DNA of 54,648 nucleotides from Welwitschia mirabilis (Eukaryota): assembly GCA_051453625.1 (NCBI GenBank), contig JBOZIK010000001.1, positions 22,194,226 through 22,248,873 on the forward strand. The letters run 5' to 3'. A program made the translations under genes and the position numbers. The notes below the pieces were generated by a model. The model ran no database searches and was not told where the DNA came from. It saw only the letters and a list, made by a program, of their open reading frames with translations. This document shows, one piece after another, positions 37,599 to 51,600 of this stretch. The first letter of the stretch is position 1. The number at the start of each line of letters is the position of its first letter.

Positions 37599-39299
37599 TT
37601 AGGTTGAGATTTCACTGGGCATGATCCCTGTAATAGCCCTAGGTTGGGATTAATTATTTTGAAGCTATTATACGTTTTAACATTAGAAGAAATTACAGTT
37701 TTGGAGTTACTTTATTTGATGAGAGCATGGAATGTCTCATTAAGATCTTGGAAATTTGAAAAAACTTAGTGCTTCATGATTTTAGTAGAAATAAAGGCCA
37801 ATAAATAAATCAAAATTAAATTCAAGAATAAGTCAATAAAAATAACATTGGAGATGTTAACCATGAAGTATTATAAACCATGTGTGATTTTAGAGCATGG
37901 AATACGAATGAGGGACAATAAACGTGTTTATTGGAAGAACTAATGAGGCAAAATGGAAACATAATTTAGGACCTCATAATACAAAGTTTTTTAATATAAA
38001 ATGCCTCATTATTTTCTACTTTTAAAACTTGATTGTTGTTGTCATTCATTTGATTAAATATTAATACTGCTACTATCTTAGAATCAAATTCCCTAGTGAA
38101 GATTTTTGTTGAATGATCTTTTTATGAATGGGATTCAAGATTGCTATTATTATTAGTTCTTTCATTATGATTTTTAGAAATATGTTCCTTAGAAATCAAT
38201 GTAGAACTAGTTATATTCGCATAATTCTGGAAGCTTTGGATAAGAAACTTGCACTACCTCACTGGACTAAAATTTGAGTCATATTTCTTCAATTTTATAA
38301 GCTCGATAAGATTCTACTATACATTCCTCAAACCATTGAAAATCTTTCATGTTTTAGAGCTTCTTTCCATCTCAATGATTTCGTGTATCACAAAGTCATT
38401 TCACATCTCTTTTGAATCAAATAGCTTCCATTTAATCGAAACTTGTTTATTGTTCTGTTTGGAAACATAATAGAAGAGGCTTCTTCACTAAAATTGACCT
38501 TCTAATCCTTGTGTAATGGGGAGCCACTATGTGGTTTAAAGTTTGAAGTTTTTAGAATTAACAATAATCACGAAAAATCAATGTGCTTTAAATTTCAGAG
38601 AGACGCTGAAATCCTTTTCTATATAAACAATAGCTTAAAGCAATCTGATGCCTTGAAAGAAAATTGGGAAGCATAAACTNNNNNNNNNNGTAAGTTCTCA
38701 AAACTTGCTTTACTCTCCCATGTCTTTATAACCATAACATATAGGCATTTACTTTTTATTTCATAAAAGAGGACCTAAACTTAGAAATGACTTGTTTGTC
38801 TTCTAATGATTTTTGAAGTTAAGACTTATAACTCTTTAAGAGATTTTTTATAAACTAAAGCGATGTGTATACCCTTTTTTTGAAATTGTAGCCCTCCCTC
38901 CCCTCCCTCCCTACCCCCTCCCCCCACACCTGCCCTATTTCAAAGCATGATTGATTTGCTTTTTGGTTAAATACGTGGGTTTTAAGTTAATGGAAATCAT
39001 CCTCATAGCCTATCATGTAAGGTACCTTTGAATTTCATCATTCAAACCATTTTTTAAGAGATATTCAAACTTCTTAAATTTATTGATGTGTATTATTATC
39101 AGTTTGAATTTGATTTGAATTGATGTTGATAAAATGAGACTAAATATTACTCTTTTAAATTGTGGTTCTTTCTTACTTGGATAGTTCCTAACATTGAGTG
39201 CTTTTAGTTCAGCTAGCTCATCATTTTTTCCAGGTAGGGCCATTCTAATTTAATATTAAGGTGGTCTATGCTAGGAGGTTGAATAGAGGAGTGGGCTAT

Positions 39300-42200
39300 A
39301 TAGAATAACAGTTTTATATTTTGTCTTAGTTAAAGAGAACCATAAAAATATCACTCTTTATGATGGGAATGTCATTCCTTTTATTATAACAACTTAGAAG
39401 TCTGTACTATTTTAAATCAAAGTAGTTGTTTCAAAGTTAAAAAGGGAATAATTGGCTTTTCCTCATCAAGTTGATGTGTTATGTAATTTACAATTTCCAC
39501 TACATACTTTATAAGTTAGTGAATTTCTTTCCAACAAAAAGGTTAGATAAGGAAAGATTACCAATAGTCTCAACTGAGGCAACTATGGATTCATAAACTC
39601 ATTCTTACCAAAAGGACATTTTTGAATATACTGAGAGAGAAAGAGAGGGGTTTGTTAAAAGTTAAAATTCGCTATGCAAGGCAAACAAAATTAACTTGAT
39701 AAAACACTTGGATCAGTGCCCAATTTTTTCATCAAGTACTCTTGCATTGATATTTTTCACCCCACTACTTGACAAAGTGCATGACTACTTAGCTAAACAT
39801 GCAAGTACCTCATTTAGTCATGTAGAAGAATCAATCTGAAATTGCAACCAAGGTTGATGGCTTCAGTGTTAAAAATATGGACTTGAAACATACTCAACAA
39901 AATTATTAAAAAAACAATGTTTTGACCAAAAAAGTTGGCAAGTACCTTCTCGTCAAAGATTACATAACATAGAATCATGAGTCATACTTGGATTTCATGC
40001 CTTTTTGTAAAGACCTGGTATAAACTTACAACTTTTATGAACTTGGTTAGTTCACAATAATGGCTGGAAACTATGTTTTCTTGTTGATTAATTGAGCTTG
40101 TATAACAATGTTATTTTTTTACTGTTAAGTTACTTGCTATTGTTAGTAGCTTGACCACAATTCTAAGGATCTTGTTTTAGCATATAGTGCTCATTAACGA
40201 TCAGGATTCCATTAATTTTTCTACATTAGAAAAGACTTTAAGAAGATTCTATGTAGATTTTTCCCCTAGAGAACTTCCAAGCAACATGTAGTTATAGAAT
40301 CTTTAGATGTCATACATTTGAATATCTTCTATATTATAACTAATTATCCTTAGATTTTGTACTTGACAAAAGAGTTTGTCTATACATTTAAAACACCTTT
40401 TAATAGTTTAATCAATCACTCTATAAGCGATAATAAGAATTTTTACTTTTAGATCAAGGAATCTTCATCATTTTATAAGTCAAAATGAGTACATTAATAA
40501 GTTTGAAATCTTTTGAAATTCTACTAATTCACATACAGCTTAGAAAATCTATGAAAATATAATAAGATGTTGCAAATAAAATGAAAATGACAAATAAAAC
40601 AATAAAAGAACTCAGTTGACTTATAGTAGTTTAATGAATTAAAATTTTAATTAAAAGAAAGTTGTACTCAGAGGAAGAGATTGACAATCTTTAAGCTTAG
40701 GTTTAAGGAATTTTTACATAACATCTTAAGAAGTTAATATCACAGTGGAAACCTAAGCTTTCTTGTTCAAGTTTTAAGGATGAAAATTTCTAAGGGGTAG
40801 ATAAATGTCATGTCCAGGTTTTTCAAAGTTGAAAGATTTAGTTTAAAATTTTAATTAAAATAATCTTATTATTATAGAATCCTCAAACTAATATAGATAT
40901 TATGTTTATTGAGATGATGTTATACTATAAAATATTTTGTGCTCTTAAGTCCTTCATTTTGTAAAGGTCATAATATTATCCTATAATCCTTAAGAATGAT
41001 TTTCAGTAGTTGCATCAATATTATGATGCACTTTTCTTGATTTTTCATAGAAAAATGATAATATGTGAAGACTTATTTTAATTCTTCATTGTTATGATTA
41101 CATATTGTAAAATAAAAAGTATTTTTATTTATTATGATAAAATTATTATGTGTCTAATGATCAGACAAGTAATGATGAGGCATTTGAAACCGCCTTCATC
41201 TTTACCACTCCATCTCATAATGGTGTCTGTTCATATTCTTGAGTCTTGTCATAACCCCCACATCCTCATGTTATAAATAGAACTTCTCTCTTCTTTTATT
41301 TTGCATACCTTTGAGAAAGCCCTTGTTATTGAATCCTGACGATTTCAACTTGGAGCTTAGAGAACCTTAGAGCTTAGAAATCTTGAAAGACCCTTGAAGC
41401 CCTCAGATAGTACAACCACATATGGGGGTGATTTCATTTCATTCTTAGATCCTTGATTTGGTCCTTGTATGCATCCTTTTACGCATTTCTGTTTTTACTC
41501 ATTTTCTTGAAAATATTGTAAAGATGTTAGATGTGCGTGTTTTTAGTACTCAAATAATCGCATTCCTAGTTATGAATCCCATCTTCTATTAACTTCTACT
41601 TGGCAAAACCCTTATGAAACTAAATCTAAGTTATTCTTATAGAGAATCTACATTTTGTCGATATATCTTGTTCATGCTTTCTTTGATATCTCAGACTCTT
41701 ATAATCTTATGGAAATAACTTTTCCACAAATTATTGAATGAAGCAATAAAATGTAAGAACCCATAGATTGCCAAATGAGGTAGTAAGATTAATTGATTGA
41801 TTATACTACAGATTGCCAAATGAGGTACTGAAATCCACAAATCACTGAATGAGGTAGTGGAGTAAGAGAATAGATGAAAGAAATATTATAAGAAATCCAT
41901 AGATCACCAAGACAGGCAGTGAACCCCACAAATGAGGCAGTGGAGGAAAAATAATTATGATAAAAAATTTATTCAAAACCTGTTATTTCTTATATCATTT
42001 TCATAATATTATCATTTTCATAATATTATCGTTTCTTGGAAAATTCTTGATTCACGCCTTATCAATCTAGAGACTTAGAGAATATTTTAATCTTTAACTT
42101 ACATTATGTGGATCATACTAAGAGCTATGAAGTTTTCATGGTTCTCATCCCATACTTCTTGTATAAACAAGTGGTAAAATTGAATCTTGAATGCCGAGGA

Positions 42201-42700
42201 GCACTCAAGAAGTGCAGATTTTTAGTCCAATCAATGTTGAAAATTTGTTTAGAGTGAAATTTGTATTTCTTGATGAATCTTAATTTCTCAGTATTGAAAT
42301 TTCCGTGATCTTGAAAAATACATTAAGACTCAGATATTGATGTCTTTTCTTGATTATTATTTTCAAAAAACAAAACGTGTAGTGAACATTTTACTTATAC
42401 ATCTCTTGTAAATTTTCTTGGAATTTCATGGTTTAGTTATAGAGTAATAAAATTTGGAAATTTTATCTTAGAAGGTAGTTCTTATGCCAATTTATTTATT
42501 TATTAGATTAATGAGTAGATTATAACTTAAGCACTTAGAATAATTTGCATTTTTTAAGAAGTAATATATATTCTTAATAAGTCCATGCTATTTAATAGTT
42601 GATACTATGAATTAGAATAAAAAAAGGAAAACATGGCATATAGAGTAACCTTGAAAATCATGGAGTCAATAAGCTAACCATAAATATTGATGGTCGATCC
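39300..42700 (+). mobile_element. Degenerate Tekay/Del-like gypsy 3' end: decayed integrase region, PPT and 3' LTR starting at 40806
   Basis: gaaaatttctaaggggtagataaa|TGTCATGTCC at 40782-40815 resembles a chromovirus PPT/LTR junction. TATA-like ttataaatag at 41271 is followed by a CT-rich tract. Short internal repeats (agattgccaaatgaggta twice, 41765-41827). Outer boundaries are uncertain. Confidence 0.5.
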
Positions 42701-43019
42701 TTATAATTATACTCTCTAGATATAAATCAAACATGATTATTAGAAGGGAAAATACTCTCTTACATTCAAGATTGCGTTAAGATAGAATGGTTAGGCAGAT
42801 GCATTTTTAGCTTGAATACCATGAATCTAAATAAACCAAAAGGGGATCATGACATAAACAAATAATGTTAGGGGTGGGTGATAATGAAAGGGAGGAAGGA
42901 TTGTACAGCAAATCCTCATCTGCCAAACAAAAAGGTTAAGAGCCTCCCATTGCCCATGAGCCCTTAGCTTCAAAGGCACTAATTGATTTCAAGAGGCAGA
43001 GTGTGTTCAATGCCAACAA

Positions 43020-43350
43020 GCTGAGGACCCACGTGTAAAGTGAACGACAGCCTCAATTCTATTATGCTCATTTGCTAAATATTCCACGTGGCGTCAATAA
43101 AGCATTAAAAAGCGGAATGCATGTAATGCATAAACTTTTAACTACCAATCAAATACGCGTGTGCATGTGGAGAGGGATTTGCTTAGAGGGGGGCCTACTT
43201 AAAAGAAGGCGGCGATATTCATAGGGTCTGATAGTGAGAATCAGAGATTAAATATACGTCTCGTGGTCAATACGCCACCCCCAAAGACATGCGACGCCAC
43301 GTTTAGGAGAGGGGCCAAAATACTAATTTTAGGAGAGGCCCACGCTAAGG
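43020..43350. promoter_or_regulatory. Orphan CpG-retaining island with G-box/ACGT cluster
   Basis: CACGTG at 43030-43035 and 43085-43090 (ccacgtggcgtca, adjacent TGACG on the minus strand), plus tacgcgtg, atacgtc and gccacgt. Flanking TE DNA is almost CpG-free. Confidence 0.4.
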
Positions 43351-44258
43351 CCTCTTGACAACGAGCTGTACCCCCTAAAAAGCATGCTAACTTTTGGCTA
43401 GGTGCTGGAAAGGAAAAATACATGTCGTCTATAAGATTCCCGCTAAGGGTTAAGTGAAATTCTACAAAGCATTCGTGATTTGAAGAGGCTTGCACTAATT
43501 ACTACCTTCCATCTGCCACCTCTTGATTGTTTTTGTAAGGTGTATGCAGAATTACATTGCATTTCTTATCTTGAAGAAAGGCTTGCATAGGAAAGAGAAA
43601 CAGTGTACATTTTGTCAAGACTAGTGATCATGTTAAAAGAGCATGTATGGCTACCCGAGGAGTTGAGTGAGTGCCATATTAGCTTTGTTGAGAAGCACCA
43701 GAGTTCATTTCTCATACTTACCTTTCTTATCTCTTCGTCATCAATGCTCTCTCATCTTTAACCTATACATAAGACCTTTACTCTCTGATGCATCAATTAC
43801 CCTTGTGTAATAGTTTTCTATGCCACCATTGGCATGCCTCCATTTTCTTACTCTGTGTCCTTCCCTTTCTAACACATGAAAATTAAGGACTACCTTTTAC
43901 GTTCTTACTCTTCGTTTTTCCTTCTATTCGATTAGTGAGAGATAAAAGCGCACATTATGTACTGTCCTTACACACTAGTTCTTCTTCTTAATAAAATGAA
44001 AGAGATCCATTATGAGGAGTAAGCGTAATCAGCATTCCAGATCTCAATAGTCGGGACTACAAGTTGCTTCTTCTGTTACTGCTCCTCCCTCCTGAGCAAA
44101 AATCTCTGACTCTAATCACCCTCTCTAAATGATATGCAATATATCACTGTGAATCTTTCTTCTTAGATCTTGTTGTGTCTTGTTGTGGTGTGAATTTATG
44201 CAATCTTTAAGTCCTTAGGCAAAACTTTTAAATCACAATACTTACAGAAAACACACAT

Positions 44259-45620
44259 TAGTAGAGACGTGCGTTAACCCGAATGTCGTAATCCGTTGAA
44301 GGCACTAGGCTAGAAGTTACAGAATTGATTTCACAAAGGATCTTTAATCTTTCTATTTTATTAAATGAAAGTAAACAAGAATGTAAATGTAATGCAAGAT
44401 GAATGATAGTGAACATGCAATGGATGGAATGNNNNNNNNNNTAAAGTATTTTTCATCTTTTCTATTTAAGTAAATGATGGTAAAAATGCAATGGATGGAA
44501 TGCAATGAGATGAGTTCTTTTTGGACTCTAATCCTCCTATCATAAGAACTATTTCTTTATAACTTAGATCAACTAGGAAGAGTTCTATTACTTGTTCCTA
44601 GCCAACATAAACTATAAGAATTTTCAAATAGAATATGGATAGTGCCATATGGAATTAGAATAAAATAGCAATGCAAATCTAAACTAAGAAAGTTAACCTT
44701 AACAAAGGTTGCCCTTATGATCTAAATAAACTATAGAACTGTCACTCAACTATAATCAATTTAAACCATAAGGGACATTTACAAATTGTAGTGAAAAGAG
44801 TAATTGAATTAATCATGAACTTTTACATCCACTTACAACAAAGTAGCAACACCTCAATGGAGGATACTCAGCCCAACACCAAGGTAAACTCGTCTCTGTA
44901 GCTACTAGCTCGATCTTTTGTCCTTCAATCTTCTGTCATAAGAACATTGGTTATAAAATATGGAAAATGAAGTGAAGAAAAGGGAGGGTATTTATAGTTT
45001 TACATTGAGATTATAGAAGCTCAACCCTAGGAGTCAGAGAAAAAACCCTGGTAGCCCATTTGGGTCGCATGACCTCATTACAAGAATAATTCTTTTCATC
45101 CATAAAAAATAGTGGTCATCCTGACTATTGACGACAACGAGGACATCACTCCATGTCATAAGGTGGTCCATCAGCTTTAGGCCCTATAGTCAACTCCCTA
45201 TCATGGGGACAACAAGCTTCTCCATATTTTGTCAAAGAAAAATTAGTTTTTTGCATAGTAAATACTTCTTTCAAAGTATGAAGTGTCAGAATAAGCTTGA
45301 GATGCCTCCAATTATGCTAAGAATTGCATGTTGTAGTGATCATCCTATCAGTTCTCTATAATCATTAGAATTGCATCCAAACCTATATAAATGTTTTGCA
45401 GATGTACTCAAAATATACTATCAAATTTCTACCAATTTGCATCACAACATAGCCTTCTACTTATCCTTGTTAGTTCCTAATAAAGTGAGTAATTAACTAT
45501 ATTAAGAGCCAACTTGACTAAGATAAATAGCAGCTAGAAAAAATGTAATTTGAGTTTGATTTTATCATGCAGGAATAGACATCAAAGACCAATTAAATAA
45601 CACAAATACTGACGTATTCA
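44259..45620 (-). mobile_element. Probable 3' LTR of the Athila-like gypsy element
   Basis: On the minus strand a PPT-like taagtatggggctta is followed by TGAATACG at 45620. TATA ctataaataccc lies at about 44986-44997. The left boundary is approximate. Confidence 0.5.
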
Positions 45621-48600
45621 TAAGCCCCATACTTAAACACATCGCAATAGAATAAATAAATATCATACACATACAAACAGTTATAAAATGTAACTATGTT
45701 AGCTCAAAAAATCATAATGTGTATCCATGATGTGAGATAGTGATACTAAAACTAATGTGTAAAACTTAAGTATTAATAATCTCAAAGAATGATGCATCTA
45801 AAGTTCATTAATGTATTCTACAAGGGGCAAAGTATAAGAGTAAACATAGCATTTTTTTCTATAGATGATCTAAAACATGGCTGCAAGAAAACTATGTGAG
45901 TGTGCTACTGTGCTCCTATTAAATAAAGTTTATGAAGTTTATTCAAGTAACATGAAATCATATCCAAACAACTCATCATAAATATGTATCATAAAAGCTC
46001 AAACATGATCCTTTAAATTTACGATTTTTTACTTAATATCTTATAAGAATGCTCAAAAAATGTGTCCTGCCCTCCCCATAGGTGAAGCAAGATGTCTCGG
46101 ATTGCACAGGGTAAAAATCATAATTATCATCCTAGCTATCATGGGGATGATATACATGGGATGATACTGATTAAAGAGATGTTTAGAAAGATAAGAAAAA
46201 CGATAAAAAATTTAAAAATAAGAAAGTTGTTGAAAAGCAGCAAAAAATCAAAAAGAAGGTAAAGAGTAAAGAATTATCTTAAAAAATATGACCATCATGA
46301 AAGAATACCTATGGGAGAAAGGTGTTAAAGAGAAGAAAATGCACTAAGTAGAAGGAAGCAATGCTTAAAAAAACTCCTCAAATATGCCCGAACTCAGTAA
46401 TCTTGAAAGAGTAAGAATTAAACTCAAAAAGTATCATTGTCACTTATAATAAAGAGAAACAACAATCCTCATGGATAGAAGCTATAAGTAAAAACAACAT
46501 GAAGTGACTAAATGATTAGATCCATAATATTATTTTAAAAAAATATGAAAACGACTTTAAAAACCCCAATCAAAACCGTTGAAGAAAAAGAAAATGAAAA
46601 TGGATAATTGGGTATAGAAAGAAGATTATTTACTTACCCTAAATTCTAACCTAACAAATTCCCTTAGTAATAATCATAAAATCATCTAATAAAAAATGCA
46701 TAACATTATGTAAAAGTTCATAAAGTACCATTCAAATAAGCAATGATTATGATGATGTTAAGTAAGTCTAATGTTTTTAAACAATGAATGATAATAGAAA
46801 AAGATGAAAAAACATTAAGTCTCTAGATCAATATCAAAATAACACTAGAATTTAAAAAAGTAGAATGATCATGTGGAAGTACTATATGTAAAAACAATTT
46901 AGAAAATAAGCAATGCCTTTGAAGACACTAGGGATACCACTGATTTCATAGCCTTTAAGTAAAATTTTATTTTTCCATGATGAGGAGAGGTCAACCACTA
47001 TCAGAGAAGTAAGGACCTACACAACATGACCAATTAATTCCCTAATGGAGTTTCTATAACTACCATATTGCACTACTAAAGGCCCCTCTTGGGAAAATTT
47101 GCCCTGGTATGATTGTAGTAGGACATCATGGTGACCATGTTTTTAGTTTAAATATGAAAAAGCATGGTCTTGATTTATTTTATTTCTTTTTCTTTGTTCT
47201 TTTTTTTCTTTTTTATTTTATTTGATTTTTAACTTATCTCTATATAATCAAGTACTTCTCAGGATAAAAGTAAAGTAATAAGATGAGAAACAAGTAAGAA
47301 CATGTAAAAATAACTAATTACTCACACCATTGAAAGAGAATAAAAAGTGATAGAATCAAAAACCCTAGAGGAGTGGGGTGAATAGGTTCTTTCAAAAACT
47401 TAAGCTTAAAACAGATTAAATATATCTAATAACAATGTGCATGTAAACATAATGAAATAAAAAAAGTGCATACAAGAAATGAAAAACTAAATATAAAAAA
47501 TCAAAAGACAAAAAACATAAACTACCAATTTAGATGCATGCAAGATTTATAGTGGTTTGAGAACTTTCCTACTCCACTCTTAATGATCAACTTCTCCCAA
47601 GCTTGATCTCGGATTTCTATTACTCCATAAGTTTTACTGGAGTCACCTGTAACTCTTACAAGCAGACTTTTATAGGTTAAGTCTTAACCTTATCAACGGA
47701 CTTTTGCAGACTAAGTCTCAATCTCAACAATCAATAGATGTAATGCTATGCATCCTTGATAGCTCAGATATCACACGTTCAATATTAGTATAATGTGTAA
47801 ATATATTCTCCAATAGATCACAATGATGAAGCTCTTAGATTTAATTTCGAGAGTAGTTTCTTTACCAAGTATAGATCTCCTCAATTAGATATGAATCAAT
47901 TCAATGATGTGCCAATGAAAAATGCAGCCTATTATTTTAGATCCATAATAGTAAAGTCAAATTTAAAAAATACCAAAAATATCTCTAGATCAACTATTTT
48001 ATAGCTATTTATAATGGAGGATTACTAGGATTTATTACAAATGAATTATGCCTCCAACGACTATAAACAGCTAGAAAATGGCTAGGTAACGGCTAAGTAA
48101 TGGATACATAACATTTAGAACTTTTGGTTTTTCACACCATCTAGTCGACTCCACAAAAATCCAGTTGACCCTATGAGAAGTTAGTTAACCTAATCCTAGG
48201 TCCAGTTGATTCCTTATGTCTCAGTTTAGAACTATGAACTATTAGCTTCTCAGGTCCGGTCAGCCCCATGAAAATCCAGTCGACCCTTTTAGGTTCAGTT
48301 CATTTCTTTGTGATTTCTTTAGGTATGATTGACTCCTTTAGAANNNNNNNNNNNNNNNNNNNNNNNNNNNNNNNNNNNNNNNNNNNNNNNNNNNNNNNNN
48401 NNNNNNNNNNNNNNNNNNNNNNNNNNNNNNNNNNNNNNNNNNNTCAAAAAGCTTGGAAAAGTAAGAATTAAAACTCAAAAAGTACCATCATCACCTGTCA
48501 AAAATAGAAACAACAATCCTAATGGATATAAGCTATGAGTAAAAGCAAAAAGAAACTAGCAAATGATCAAATCCATGATATTATTTTGAAAAAGTATGGA

Positions 48601-51600
48601 AGTAACTTTAAAAAACCCAACAAAACAACTAAAGAAAAGCAAAATGAAAATGGATAATTAGGAACATAAAAAATGTTATTTACTTACCCTAAATTCTAAC
48701 TTAACAAATTGCCTTGGTAACAATCATAAAATCACCTGATGAAAACTGCATGACGGTATGTAAAAATTCATAAAGTACTATTCAAATAGGCAATGATTAT
48801 AACGATGTTAAGTATGTCTAATGTTCTTAAACAATAAATGATAAGATAAAAAGCTGAAGAAACATGAATTCACTACCTCTCATATCAAAACAACACTAGA
48901 ATCCAGAAAAGTAAAATGATCATGTAAACATGATATATGCAAAAAAGGAGTCTAGAAAACAAGCAATGCCTCTTATGATACCAGGGAAATCACTAATCTT
49001 ATAGCTTCTAAATAAAATTTTATTCTGCCATGATGAGGGGAGTGCAACCATTATCAAAGGAGTAAGGACCCACATACCATGGCCAACTGACCCCCTTAGT
49101 GGAGTTCCCATAACTACCGTATAACATTGCCAAAGACCTCTCTCGAGAAAATTTTCCTTTGTGTGCTTGTGGTAGGACATCATGGTGATCATGTTTTTAG
49201 TTTACATATGAAAGAGCATGATCTTTATTCTGTTTCTTTCTTCTCCTCTTTTTTTTTTTTTTTTTTTAAAGCCACATAACTAAGTACTCATAAGGATAAA
49301 GGTGATGTAATGAGATGGGAAACAAGTAAGAACATGTAAAATAACTAATTACTCATACCATTGAAAGAGAATAAAAGAATCAAGGCATCTTTCTTCTAAA
49401 TGAAGTTTATAGACATACGAATGTCTTAAAATTGGGTGAATCCAATCTTATCATCTTAGAATGCCCAAGTAAAAGATTACTAATTATGGTGACTTTATAA
49501 AGTAATACATAAGTCAAGTTAAAGATATTCAAGCCATAGCATGACGTCTACCTAAGGATTAAGTTAATAACAAATTTAGACAATGATAAAAGGAAGGTTC
49601 TTTTCATTAAGAAGAGCTTCCAAGATAAGTTCTTCTATCATGTTCAAGGTTTCATCAGTAGATAATTCATATATTTTTAACCTTTGTTCATTAAATTTTT
49701 GAATTTTCCTAATGTTTGAATTGAAGATTTCAACTGAGTCATTGGAATTTACTTTTTCTATAAGATAATAACCTAACCACTTAGAAGTTAACTTGTTATC
49801 TAAAGGGTGTACTTGGGTATTATACAAAAGGACATGCTGGCCAAGTTTAAATTACTTATAGAAAATCTTTTTGTCATGTTTGAACTTATCTTGGGCTTTA
49901 TGAATAAGTTGATGATGTATGGAATGAGTATATTTTTTATCAAAATGATCAAGTTGGGCTAATCAAGTTCTGAGATTTTTTTCCTAAGTCTACAAGATTA
50001 AGTTGATAAGTGGATTGATATAAGTGATAGCAAACATCAATTGGCAAGACACAAACTTTTTTATACATAAGTTCATATGGTGAAAAACTTAGAGAGTTAT
50101 TTCAAGTAGCACGGTAAGCCTAAAGAACATTATTAAGTTTAGAAAACCAAGTTTTCTTATTGATAGATATTAATTTTTGGATCATCTTTTTTATCTATTT
50201 GTGTTTTTAGCTTGGCCATTAGTTTGAGGAGGATAAGTAGATGCAATTCTATGTTTAATGTTAATAGATAAAAGAAGTTTTTGAAAAAGCTAATTAATGA
50301 AANNNNNNNNNNNNNNNNNNNNNNNNNNNNNNNNNNNNNNNNNNNNNNNNNNNNNNNNNNNNNNNNNNNNNNNNNNNNNNNNNNNNNNNNNNNNNNNNNN
50401 NNGATATCTACCCAAGGAATGAGTTAAGAAGAAATTTAGATAGTGGCAAGAGAAAGGTCCTTCTCATTGAGAGGTGCTTCCAAGACAAGTGCTGCTATTA
50501 TGTTCAACGTTTTATCAGAAGATAACTCATAGATTTCTAACCTTTATCCATTGACTTTTTGACTGTCTCTAATGTTTAGATTAGAGATTTTAACTGAGTC
50601 ATTGGTATGTAATTTTTCTAAGATAAGGACCTAATCATTTATAGGTTATATTATTGTGTAAAAGGTGTACTCAGACAAGTTGACTAGGTTTAAATTACTT
50701 ATGAAGATCCTTTTTGTTATGTTTGAACTTAGCTTNNNNNNNNNNNNNNNNNNNNNGATGAATGAATCGATAAGAGTTATAGTAAACATCAACTAATAAG
50801 ACACAAACTTTTCCATACACAAGTTCATATGGTAAGAAACCTAGAGAGTTACACCAAGTAGTACGGTAAGCCCAAAGAATGTTATTAAGTTTAGAGGACT
50901 AAGTTTTTTTATTAATAGAGATTAATTTTTGGAGCATTTTTTTTAATTTCTCTATTGGCATTTTTAGCTTGACCATTAGTTTAGGGATGAAAAGCACATG
51001 AAATTCAATGTTCAATGCTAATGGATAAAAGAAGTTTTCAAAAAAGGTAACTAATGAAATGAGTGTCTTGATTGCTAATGATGATTCTAGAAAAACGAAA
51101 ACATTGAAAGATATGAGTTCGGACAAAGTTGCAAATAGTTCGAGCATCATTCTTGGTAGTAGCAATAGCTTCGACCCACTTAGTAACATAACCAACAGCC
51201 ATTAGGATGTAATTTTTTCATGAGAAGGTGGTTTACTAGGTCCTATAAAGTTAATCCCCCAACAATTAAAAGGTTTACATTCAAGCATAGGTTTAAGAGG
51301 CATATCTTGAAATGAGTTAGGCTACCATAACGTTGACATGCATCACACCTTCTAGCAAAGTCAAATGAGTATTTAAAAAGGGTTGGCCAATAAAAACCAG
51401 AGTGAAGAATTTTCATGATAGTCTTTAGCTACTAAAGTATCCCCCACATACCCTATCATGGCAAAGTTTAAGGATTTTTGAGATTTCCTACTTAGGCATA
51501 CATTTATACATGATTTGGTCTTTGCATTATTTATAAACATGGGGTTTATTCCACTCATAGTCACCAATCCTATGGAAAAAAGATTTTCATTGGTTATGGT

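Noticed and set aside
43356..43365. TGACAACGAG matches the first 10 nt of miR535
   Set aside because: The remainder does not match and no complementary arm is evident.
43662..43680. gttgagtgagtgccatatt loosely resembles miR171
   Set aside because: Too many mismatches and indels.
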